From a bacterium (lineage in GTDB: Bacteria; Patescibacteriota; Patescibacteriia; JACPHY01), in contig JAUSKG010000034.1 in the NCBI GenBank assembly GCA_030647005.1, positions 4,050 through 68,049 on the forward strand: a stretch of DNA of 64,000 nt, read 5' to 3'. Positions 28,391 to 36,223 of the stretch are shown here, piece by piece (positions within the stretch are counted from its first letter, which is position 1; each line of letters starts with the position of its first letter). Position numbers and translations under genes: made by a program. The notes beneath the pieces are model-generated. The model worked only from the letters and a program-made list of their open reading frames with translations. It did no database searches and was not told the origin of the DNA.

Positions 28391-28777
28391 CTACACCACG
28401 CCAGACGCAGCGACAAGACGGTCAATGATGAAGAAGGAGAGCGACCATGCGGCGAGTACGATTGCCAAACCAATAATGGAGCGGCGAATCGTCTCCTTTG
28501 CCTTCTCAACCTGCGGTGCCTCTCCGCGCGCGGTCATCCAGAGGAAACCCGCGTAGACCATTTGCACGAAAAAAATGACACCAAGCAATGAGATGGCGGC
28601 CATGACGATCTGGCCAATGAATACCGCCAGGGAAAACTTGTCCGTGATCACGCCTCCCCACCCAGCTTCCGCTCCTACGTCTTGCAGGCGTTCCAGTATC
28701 GAACCAGCATACACACGCACGGGCACCATACCGAACATCACCAGTGCAAGCAGAAAGTGCCGTAGGTGTTTCCGCAT
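28391..28777 (-). CDS. T4SS_pilin/VirB2-like pilin 6
   Basis: YAGFLWMTARGEAPQVEKAK..SIIGL. Confidence 0.85.
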   Translation of the reverse strand: MRKHLRHFLLALVMFGMVPVRVYAGSILERLQDVGAEAGWGGVITDKFSLAVFIGQIVMAAISLLGVIFFVQMVYAGFLWMTARGEAPQVEKAKETIRRSIIGLAIVLAAWSLSFFIIDRLVAASGVV

Positions 28778-28778
28778 A

Positions 28779-29165
28779 CTACGAGATCCCCGAAGCGGCC
28801 TCAATGGCCTGCACGACAAAGTACGCAATCGCATACGCGCCGAGTGTGATTGCAAGTCCGATAATGGCGCTGGTGATGGTCTGCTTCGCCTTCTCGATCT
28901 GCGGGGAATCCCCGCGTGCGGTCATCCAGAGAAATCCGCCGTAGATCATGAGCACAAAGAATATCACGCCTACGAGCGAAAGGCCGGTGAGGATGATATC
29001 CGCGATAACAAAATCAATGTCTGTCTGAGCTCTCCGTGTAACATCGAGTTCTAAAAACTTCTTGAGTGCCTCATCAAACACACCCGCCGCTCGCGCGACG
29101 ACTGGCTGCACGATGAGTACCGCCCCCGTGACGATCCCGATGCCGTAGCGCGTTATGGTGCGCAT
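28779..29165 (-). CDS. T4SS_pilin/VirB2-like pilin 5
   Basis: YGGFLWMTARGDSPQIEKAK..AIIGL. Confidence 0.85.
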   Translation of the reverse strand: MRTITRYGIGIVTGAVLIVQPVVARAAGVFDEALKKFLELDVTRRAQTDIDFVIADIILTGLSLVGVIFFVLMIYGGFLWMTARGDSPQIEKAKQTITSAIIGLAITLGAYAIAYFVVQAIEAASGIS

Positions 29166-29169
29166 ACGC

Positions 29170-29625
29170 TCACGCAAAAATGCTCAGTACGAACGCCGTT
29201 GCGGCGAAGGCGAGGCCGATGATGATGATGCCGATGATGGCGGCCTTAATGATGTCCTGGGCCTTCTTCACCTGGTCGGGCGCGCCCTGGGCGGTCATCC
29301 AGCGGATACCGGCGTAGATCATGAGGATGAGGAACGCGACGCCGACGAGCGAGAGTACGTTGTAGATGACAGCACCAACGATGACCTCGAGCGGACGCGC
29401 TTCACCGAGCACCGCCTTTGCTGCGCTATCCTTAAGCCCACACTCCGCGAGACAACGCGCGGAAAGCGTTGCGCGAGCTGCTTCTCCCGCTGCGCCTAGC
29501 TCCGGACAGGTGCACGGTGCTACAGATACAGAAGCTTGAGCGGAGACAGCAGGCGGCAAGAACACCGTCGCGCCAAGCGTGGCGAGGAGTACTGCGGTGG
29601 CGATGGCGGTTGCGCGAACACGCAT
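29170..29625 (-). CDS. T4SS_pilin/VirB2-like pilin 4 (Cys-containing head)
   Basis: YAGIRWMTAQGAPDQVKKA..AIIG; CTC..CLAEC. Confidence 0.85.
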   Translation of the reverse strand: MRVRATAIATAVLLATLGATVFLPPAVSAQASVSVAPCTCPELGAAGEAARATLSARCLAECGLKDSAAKAVLGEARPLEVIVGAVIYNVLSLVGVAFLILMIYAGIRWMTAQGAPDQVKKAQDIIKAAIIGIIIIGLAFAATAFVLSIFA

Positions 29626-29649
29626 AGCGGGAACGTTTTTGGAGAGCGA

Positions 29650-29683
29650 GGAACGCGCCCCGATCTTGATCGGGGCGCGTTCC
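29650..29683. terminator. Hairpin after pilin 3
   Basis: GGAACGCGCCCCGATC TT GATCGGGGCGCGTTCC perfect inverted repeat. Confidence 0.7.
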
Positions 29684-29708
29684 GATCGCGCGATACGAAA
29701 CGGTGATC

Positions 29709-30113
29709 TTAGGTCGTCGCAGTGACGAGGGAGTTGATGACGAACTTGGCGATGGCGAATGCGGAGAGGATGATCGCAAGGCCGATGATGCCGGAGAAGA
29801 TGAGCTGCTTCGCCTTGGTCACCTTGGTCTCTTCACCGCCTGCGGTCATCCAGAGGAATCCGCCCGCGAGGATGATGACAACTGCAACGATGCCCAGGAG
29901 TCCCATGGCGACGTTGATGATCGAGGCAACCGTCGAACGGACATCGCGCGTGCCGAGCTGGATCGTGTTCCCGACCTCATTGATGCCAATGTCAAGTGTG
30001 CCGACGGCACCGACTGCATGCGGCAACATGAGTGCCGTTGCAGCTCCGGCGGCGACCGCAGTGGCGGCAACCTTCCGGAGAGTACTCCGATTGCGCAGTG
30101 ATGCGATGTGCAT
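29709..30113 (-). CDS. T4SS_pilin/VirB2-like pilin 3 (possible major subunit)
   Basis: AGGFLWMTAGGEETKVTKAK..GIIGL. Confidence 0.88.
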   Translation of the reverse strand: MHIASLRNRSTLRKVAATAVAAGAATALMLPHAVGAVGTLDIGINEVGNTIQLGTRDVRSTVASIINVAMGLLGIVAVVIILAGGFLWMTAGGEETKVTKAKQLIFSGIIGLAIILSAFAIAKFVINSLVTATT

Positions 30114-30215
30114 AGAAGCGATACGTGGCACTGAGCCGATTCGGGCGAGCTCCTGGAGATCGCGGGACGACGACGCGTGCCTGTTAACAATGCGTGGTTA
30201 TGATGGAACCAATAC

Positions 30216-30563
30216 TCACGAAGCAGACCCCAGTCGCGAGATGATGAAGGTGGTGACGGCGTATGCGGTGAACATGACCGCAATCCCGAGCACCGCCCAC
30301 ACCATGACATCCCTCCCTTTCTTCACTCTTTCAGGACTCCCGGCAGAGGTCAACCACAGGAACCCGCCGTAGATGAACATGAGGAGCGCGATGGAGCCCA
30401 CGAGCCCAAATCCCGCACGAATGACGTTCCCGATGAGCACCGCGATGGACGACGTACCGATCGGGTTCTCGAGGGACGTTGTACTCGCGGTTGTGCCCGC
30501 TGCATGAGCCGCAACAGGAACGAGTGCCGCCACCGCCATCATCCACAGCACTTTCGCACGCAT
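30216..30563 (-). CDS. T4SS_pilin/VirB2-like pilin 2
   Basis: LENPIG..YGGFLWLTSAGSPERVKKG. Confidence 0.88.
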   Translation of the reverse strand: MRAKVLWMMAVAALVPVAAHAAGTTASTTSLENPIGTSSIAVLIGNVIRAGFGLVGSIALLMFIYGGFLWLTSAGSPERVKKGRDVMVWAVLGIAVMFTAYAVTTFIISRLGSAS

Positions 30564-30639
30564 CCACAGAATCATATGCAGCACATTCTTAGTATACCAT
30601 GAACTCTACGTGGCTGTGTACAAGTGTCACAATGGGGGC

Positions 30640-30804
30640 GTAGCGGAAACCTTTAGGTTTCCATCCGCCTACCCGCGACCAATCCGCCTACAACGAACGG
30701 CCGGATGGAGGCCTGAAGGCCTCCGCTACACCATACAGCTCGCACCTGGTATCGGTATGACCGGGATTGCCGCGTCGCTCGCGGACTCGCTCCTCGCAAT
30801 GACA
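30640..30804. mobile_element. GTAG-type REPIN (family D, 30640-30729) plus half family A element
   Basis: GTAGCGGAAACCTTTAGGTTTCC...GGAGGCCTGAAGGCCTCCGCTAC; second copy at 55689-55754. Confidence 0.8.
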
Positions 30805-30821
30805 GGGGGGGGGTGATCAAC

Positions 30822-31391
30822 TCACTCCGTCTTTGGCAGCGTGGACCACTCTACTGCCCAGTCACCAGTGAAGAGCTTCGCGGGCGTGGTTGCTCCAAGC
30901 TGGCCGGTGAGCGCGCCGAGGATGGTGTTCACGAGGAGCCACGCGCCAAAGATGATGACGATGCCGATCGTCGCGTGGACGAGCGTCTCGCGCCCCTTCT
31001 TTACCTGCTCCGCGCTGCCGGCTGAGGTCACCCAGAGAAACCCGCCGATCGTGAACATGAGGAGCGCGAGCGATCCGGAGATGCCGAAGATAAACTTGGA
31101 AACCTGCACGACGATGACCACGAAGTCCGCGAGCACGCAGTTCCCGTAGCAGAAGCAGTTCGCGCTCGTGAAGAGTATCGGTCGCGGATTCTCCTCGGTG
31201 GGCGCATCGAACCGCGCGCGGCACTGCCCCGTCGGCTCGCTCGCGTTCACCCACTCGCCCTCCGTATTCTGCACCGCGACGGTCGCGCGCTTCCGATCCG
31301 TATCCACGCCCTGCGCCCACACCGCGAGCGGCGCGACGACGAGCGTCGCGAGCGAAGCAATCACCGCAAGCGTCAGCAGGCGTCGCAGCAT
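30822..31391 (-). CDS. T4SS_pilin/VirB2-like pilin 1 (Cys-containing head)
   Basis: CFCYGNCVLADF..GGFLWVTSAGSAEQVKKG. Confidence 0.85.
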   Translation of the reverse strand: MLRRLLTLAVIASLATLVVAPLAVWAQGVDTDRKRATVAVQNTEGEWVNASEPTGQCRARFDAPTEENPRPILFTSANCFCYGNCVLADFVVIVVQVSKFIFGISGSLALLMFTIGGFLWVTSAGSAEQVKKGRETLVHATIGIVIIFGAWLLVNTILGALTGQLGATTPAKLFTGDWAVEWSTLPKTE

Positions 31392-31441
31392 ATGAGATTT
31401 CTCCACTCGCGGACTCGGTCGAAATGACGTTCTAGGCATCA

Positions 31442-32911
31442 TCACAGCGTCTGCTGAATCTTCTGCGCGGCGAGCTGGAGCGCGCGGTTGATTTCAATGG
31501 TATCCGAATACGCATCGCGGACGAGCTGCACGAACGCCTGCTCCGCACCCTCCGCGTTCTTTCCATGGTACCACGTCCGCGCGGTGAGGAGCTGGTTTGC
31601 GAACACCTTGAGGTCAACGTCCTGCTGCTGCTCGCCCACGAGCGATCGCAGTGCGGTGGGACGCTTGGCCTGCTCGAGGAACCGACGCGTCACCTGCGGC
31701 TGCGTCGTGATGTAGGTGAGGAAGTCCCACGTCTCGTTCGGGGCACTCGTGCGCTCGGAGACCGCCTGGAGCCAGAAATCCGCGTAGGTAATTGCCGCAC
31801 CCTGTCCACCCGGCACGACATCACTCCCGATAACGCTCCCGGTCTGCGGGTCTACGGCGGCGGCAATGTGTGGCACCGCACTCACCGAGAGATTCAACTG
31901 CGGTGCGCGGCTGCGGATGATCGGACGGTGGTAGCTGTAGCCAAAGAAGTACGCCACCTTCCCCTGGAGGAACGCCTCAAGCGCGTCGGGCTGGTCATCG
32001 TTCCACGAGTAGACGAGCTTGTTCGGGTTGGCGAAATCCGCGTAGTACGCGAGCGCGTCTGCCGCCGGCAGCGACGTGCGTCCCGTGATGCCCGCCGGTA
32101 GGAGGTGGAACGACGGCACGCCGCGCGCGATCATCTGCGTCCCGTTCTGCATCATGAGGAGCGAGAGGATATCGAACGACCGCGGGACGTTCCCCATCGT
32201 CCCGAGCGCGACGCCGGACTGGAGGATCGCGCCATCCGCAGCGACGCGCGTGAGACGCGGCACCTGCTGCTGGAGTTCTGCCCAGGTCTTTGCAGGCACC
32301 GGAATACCCCCCGCGTTCAAGAGGTCACGGTTCGCGTAGAGCACGAGCGTATCCACGTAGAGTGGCAGACCGTAGACGGCATCTCCCCCCTCGCGCGGGA
32401 GCACGACATCCGACACGACGACGTCCAGGAAGAGGTCGCGGAGCGTCTGCGGGTTGGGCGTGGTTGTCGCGCGGAGCTCGCCCACCTGCTCCTTGCGCAC
32501 TGTACCCGTGAGCGTGACAAACGGCATGGTGACGACGGACGGCGCGGGGAGGAGCTTCGACTGGTACCGCCGCGTCCACGTCGCGGGAATCGAGATGATG
32601 TCCGGTCCGGCGAAGTCGCCCTCGGAAAGCGCGTCGAGGAGTGCGGTCTCATACTCATCGAGCCGGAGCTTCCGGTAGGTGATCTGCACATGCGGGTGAA
32701 TCTGCCGGTACGCGTCAATGAGCGGGCGCACGTCATCGCTCGTCTCATTGACCCCCCACCAGACAAGATTGACCGGCCGAAGCCGCGCTGCGACCTCCTG
32801 CGGAATCGCGTCCCGCACGCACCCGGCGCCAAGGAACACTACGGACACGGCGATGAGCGCAATCGCACGGAGCCGTGACCAGCTGCCTCTTTGTTCTTGT
32901 CTGTGTTGCAT
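31442..32911 (-). CDS. Extracellular solute-binding protein (family 1-like), lipoprotein
   Basis: FLGAGC lipobox, LVWWG, GPDI, YGLPLYVDTLVLYANRDL. Confidence 0.88.
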   Translation of the reverse strand: MQHRQEQRGSWSRLRAIALIAVSVVFLGAGCVRDAIPQEVAARLRPVNLVWWGVNETSDDVRPLIDAYRQIHPHVQITYRKLRLDEYETALLDALSEGDFAGPDIISIPATWTRRYQSKLLPAPSVVTMPFVTLTGTVRKEQVGELRATTTPNPQTLRDLFLDVVVSDVVLPREGGDAVYGLPLYVDTLVLYANRDLLNAGGIPVPAKTWAELQQQVPRLTRVAADGAILQSGVALGTMGNVPRSFDILSLLMMQNGTQMIARGVPSFHLLPAGITGRTSLPAADALAYYADFANPNKLVYSWNDDQPDALEAFLQGKVAYFFGYSYHRPIIRSRAPQLNLSVSAVPHIAAAVDPQTGSVIGSDVVPGGQGAAITYADFWLQAVSERTSAPNETWDFLTYITTQPQVTRRFLEQAKRPTALRSLVGEQQQDVDLKVFANQLLTARTWYHGKNAEGAEQAFVQLVRDAYSDTIEINRALQLAAQKIQQTL

Positions 32912-32919
32912 ACTAAGTG

Positions 32920-33037
32920 TGTCATTGCGAGGAGTCCGCGACGTGGCAATCCCGGTCATCGGCGCACCAATCCGACAACAACAGTATACGCATCCTTCCG
33001 GTGATGACCGGGATTGCTTCGTGGACTCGCAATGACA
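32920..33037. mobile_element. Family A palindromic element
   Basis: TGTCATTGCGAG...CTCGCAATGACA. Confidence 0.85.
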
Positions 33038-33062
33038 TGGTCATGAGGTTTTGCAAAATGGG

Positions 33063-33932
33063 CTACGCTAATGTCTTCTTCAGGAATCGTCGAAAATCCT
33101 TCTTGAGCTCCGGGTGCTTGAGCGCGAGTGCGACGTTCGCCGAGAGGAACCCGAGCGGGTTGCCGCAGTCGTACCGATCGCCGTCAATCTCACGCGCGAA
33201 AATTGGGATGCTGCGGTCGAGTGCGGTGATGAACGCATCTGCGAGTCGGATCTCACCGCCCTTCCCCGCGCGCTGGCGCGTGAGGATCCGGAGGACGTCC
33301 GGCGTGACGACATACCGTCCAATAACCGCCAAGCGCGACGGCGCGTCCGCGGGGTGGGGCTTCTCGACGAACGTTTCAACAGCATGGACGCGATCGCCCG
33401 CGGGCGTTCCCGCGATGACACCATACTGGTGTGTCTCGCGCCGCGGAACCTGCGTCACAGCGATGACCGATCCACCGTACGCGTCGTGGGTATCTATGAG
33501 CTGCGCGATCCCCGGGCGTTCCGCGACGATCATGTCGTCGCCAAAGAGCACCGCGACCGGCTCGTCCGCGTCCACGAACGGGAGCGCGGAGAGGATGGCG
33601 TGACCGTCGCCGAGCGGCTTGGACTGGCGGACGAACGCGAACGAGGCGAGCTGACCGATCCGCGCGACTTCCTTGAGGAGTGCGCGCTTGCCCTGCTGCT
33701 CCAGGCGGTACTCGAGCTCGAAGTTGCGGTCGAAATGGTCCTCGATGGCGCGTTTGCCGATGGCGGTGACAAAAATAATCTCGCGGATGCCCGCCGCCAC
33801 CGCCTCCTCCACGATGTGCTGAATAATCGGACGATCAACGACGGGCAGCATCTCCTTCGGCTGCGCTTTCGTCGCGGGCAGGAATCGCGTGCCGAGTCCG
33901 GCGACAGGAATGATGGCCTTGCGGATGGACAT
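33063..33932 (-). CDS. galU: UTP--glucose-1-phosphate uridylyltransferase
   Basis: KAIIPVAGLGTRFLPATKAQPKEMLPVVDRP, VEKP, RYDCG. Confidence 0.96.
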   Translation of the reverse strand: MSIRKAIIPVAGLGTRFLPATKAQPKEMLPVVDRPIIQHIVEEAVAAGIREIIFVTAIGKRAIEDHFDRNFELEYRLEQQGKRALLKEVARIGQLASFAFVRQSKPLGDGHAILSALPFVDADEPVAVLFGDDMIVAERPGIAQLIDTHDAYGGSVIAVTQVPRRETHQYGVIAGTPAGDRVHAVETFVEKPHPADAPSRLAVIGRYVVTPDVLRILTRQRAGKGGEIRLADAFITALDRSIPIFAREIDGDRYDCGNPLGFLSANVALALKHPELKKDFRRFLKKTLA

Positions 33933-34041
33933 GGAGCGTATGTGACGAAATGCGGGGAGCTCGTGTGTCCCCATCCTCTATGGTATAGTATAGCGCAAAG
34001 GAGACCCCGCGCACGAGTCGCTCATCATGCACGCCCACCCT

Positions 34042-34947
34042 ATGCCGTCGATCCTCCCATTTGATCGTCACCAGGAGCCGAAACCGGAGCGGACACGCCG
34101 TGAACGCCCGGCCGCACGCGGCAATGACATCGCCGCAGAACTCGAAGAAATCCTCGGCATCGCCGAGCTCACGGAGCCCGACATTGATGCCGTGGATATC
34201 GTTCCGCCCGGGTTTGACGTCACACTGACGGAGCGCGAACGGGACGACGCGGAGGACACGACGCTGACCGACGCGGCGGAAGCGATCGAACCAACGGAGA
34301 TCACACCGCCCAACGCCGGAACGAGCATCCACAAGGCGCGCGAGGCAAAGGAGTTTGCCGAACGGCTCCAGGCGTGGGAGCACCACGGCCCGACGATGCT
34401 CGCGCAGACCGCAAAGGGGTACGAACGCATCCTCCGCGAGCTGAGCGCGGGGACGGCGGTCGAACCGCAAAAAATCTCAAACATCCAGGGCAGACGCGAT
34501 GCGTTCACGCGCGCGAAGGACATGGACGATGCGGCGACGATGGAGCGCATCATCGCCGAGGATCGCGCGTTCAAGCAGCTCGCGATTGCCGCGCTCGAAA
34601 TGGTGCGCGGCCAGGTGGAGCGGAGTCCCATCCCGGAGTCCACGCTCACCGAGTGGGAGCGCATGGGCACCGGCGAGCTCGAGGCCATCCGCGACATGTA
34701 CGCGAAGGGTGTCACGAAGCACGAGGACCGCGTGAAGCGTTCAACGATGCAGCCGGCGGAGATCTCCCGCGCGTACAACCTCCGCGAGACCTTCGTGCGC
34801 GCGCACGCGACGAACCAGGCGCGACTCGCCGCGATCGTCCTCGAGGACGACGCGTGGTACAAGCGCGCGGCACTCGATGCGATCAACGATATCCTCGCGA
34901 AGCGACTGCTCGATGCGAGCGACCGCGCGCTGCCGCTCGCGAGCTAA
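34042..34947 (+). CDS. Hypothetical protein with duplicated ~90-aa helical unit
   Basis: Acidic N-terminus; two alignable repeats; hairpin near 35005-35029. Confidence 0.7.
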   Translation: MPSILPFDRHQEPKPERTRRERPAARGNDIAAELEEILGIAELTEPDIDAVDIVPPGFDVTLTERERDDAEDTTLTDAAEAIEPTEITPPNAGTSIHKAREAKEFAERLQAWEHHGPTMLAQTAKGYERILRELSAGTAVEPQKISNIQGRRDAFTRAKDMDDAATMERIIAEDRAFKQLAIAALEMVRGQVERSPIPESTLTEWERMGTGELEAIRDMYAKGVTKHEDRVKRSTMQPAEISRAYNLRETFVRAHATNQARLAAIVLEDDAWYKRAALDAINDILAKRLLDASDRALPLAS

Positions 34948-35045
34948 AACGATCTTCGGCGCTCCCGCGCCAGCTTCGGAGGGACAAACCAGAAACACAG
35001 AGAAACGACCCCGCGAGAGCGGGGTCGTCTGTTGGATGTGCCATC

Positions 35046-35540
35046 CTACGGCACCATGCGGAGGCGCGAGCGCCGCTGCGCGCGATCGTAGCACTCCGCG
35101 AGTCGTCGCTGGAGCACCACCGACTCGCGCACGAGGTGCTCCGGCGCGTAGCCGAACACGAGGATCGCGGCGATCGTGCTCTCGTGGCACTCCACCATAC
35201 CGGCGATCACCTGCGTCACCATCTCCGCGCCCTCGCACCCATCGGCATCGAAATACGCGGTGATGCATTCCCGAATGGGCTGCTCGAGATCGCGCACCAA
35301 CATGCCTTCACGCACCGCGACGCAGATGCGATCGCACAGGAACGAACCCGCGGTGAGACGTGTATGGAGATCACACTCGAGCGCGGCGGCGTAGAGCAGG
35401 AACGATTCGTTCGCCGGAAAACATCGGATCCCCATCTGCAGACACTGGAGCGCATCACGGTATGCGCCGCGTCTCCGATGAGTGGAGGCGAGCTCGAAAA
35501 GCTCCGCTGCGCGCTGCGCGAGATAAATGACGACTCCCAT
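35046..35540 (-). CDS. Hypothetical protein
   Basis: GAGGAGG RBS, TTGACA-18-TACGGT promoter (35573-35602). Confidence 0.65.
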   Translation of the reverse strand: MGVVIYLAQRAAELFELASTHRRRGAYRDALQCLQMGIRCFPANESFLLYAAALECDLHTRLTAGSFLCDRICVAVREGMLVRDLEQPIRECITAYFDADGCEGAEMVTQVIAGMVECHESTIAAILVFGYAPEHLVRESVVLQRRLAECYDRAQRRSRLRMVP

Positions 35541-35708
35541 GCACGACCTCCTCTCTGGAAAGGTGCGCCACCACCGTAGCACTGTTTGTTCCGTGGTGTC
35601 AAGGGCTCGTACAAAGTAAAACCCTCGAGTGGGCTCGAGGGTGAGCAAGCGGTGCCGCAGGATGGGCGATGGACAGGAGGGACGATGGAAATGGAGGGCG
35701 ATGGACGG

Positions 35709-36107
35709 CTACGTGGAAACGATCCTGAGTGGCCGCACTGCTGCGATGACGGTGCAATGGGACGCGAACGTCCCATCGGTGGGCGGGAGCGTGTGCTCGA
35801 CATCCTCAAGGAGGCGGGTGATGAGCTCCTCACGGAGCTGGCATGCGCGGCGTATGCCAAAATCGTCCTTCGGTGCCACGCGCTGCGCGAATGCAATGAG
35901 CTCCTGCGTGTCGAGCACCTCGGGTGCGGGCCGGATGGCCCAAGCGAGGTCTGCTGCGGCGATCGCCATTTGTGCTGCTGCAAGGTGCTTGCCATCTTCC
36001 AGGAGAAGTTCCGCAAGTTTGCGGTGCACGGTGCGGTAGTCAAGGGATCCCGCAGCAATCGCGCCACGGAGTCGTATGATCTCCGCCGTGCGCAATCGTT
36101 CGTGCAT
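35709..36107 (-). CDS. Hypothetical protein
   Basis: GAGG RBS, TTGACA-17-TACGGT promoter (36142-36170). Confidence 0.65.
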   Translation of the reverse strand: MHERLRTAEIIRLRGAIAAGSLDYRTVHRKLAELLLEDGKHLAAAQMAIAAADLAWAIRPAPEVLDTQELIAFAQRVAPKDDFGIRRACQLREELITRLLEDVEHTLPPTDGTFASHCTVIAAVRPLRIVST

Positions 36108-36223
36108 GGACTGTTTCCTCCATTAAAAGGGCTATGCCACCACCGTACCGTGCCGTCCGAAATGTGTCAAGGATGGACCGTACTCGTCTCCGAAGCTGGT
36201 GCGGGAGCACCAAAAATTACGGG

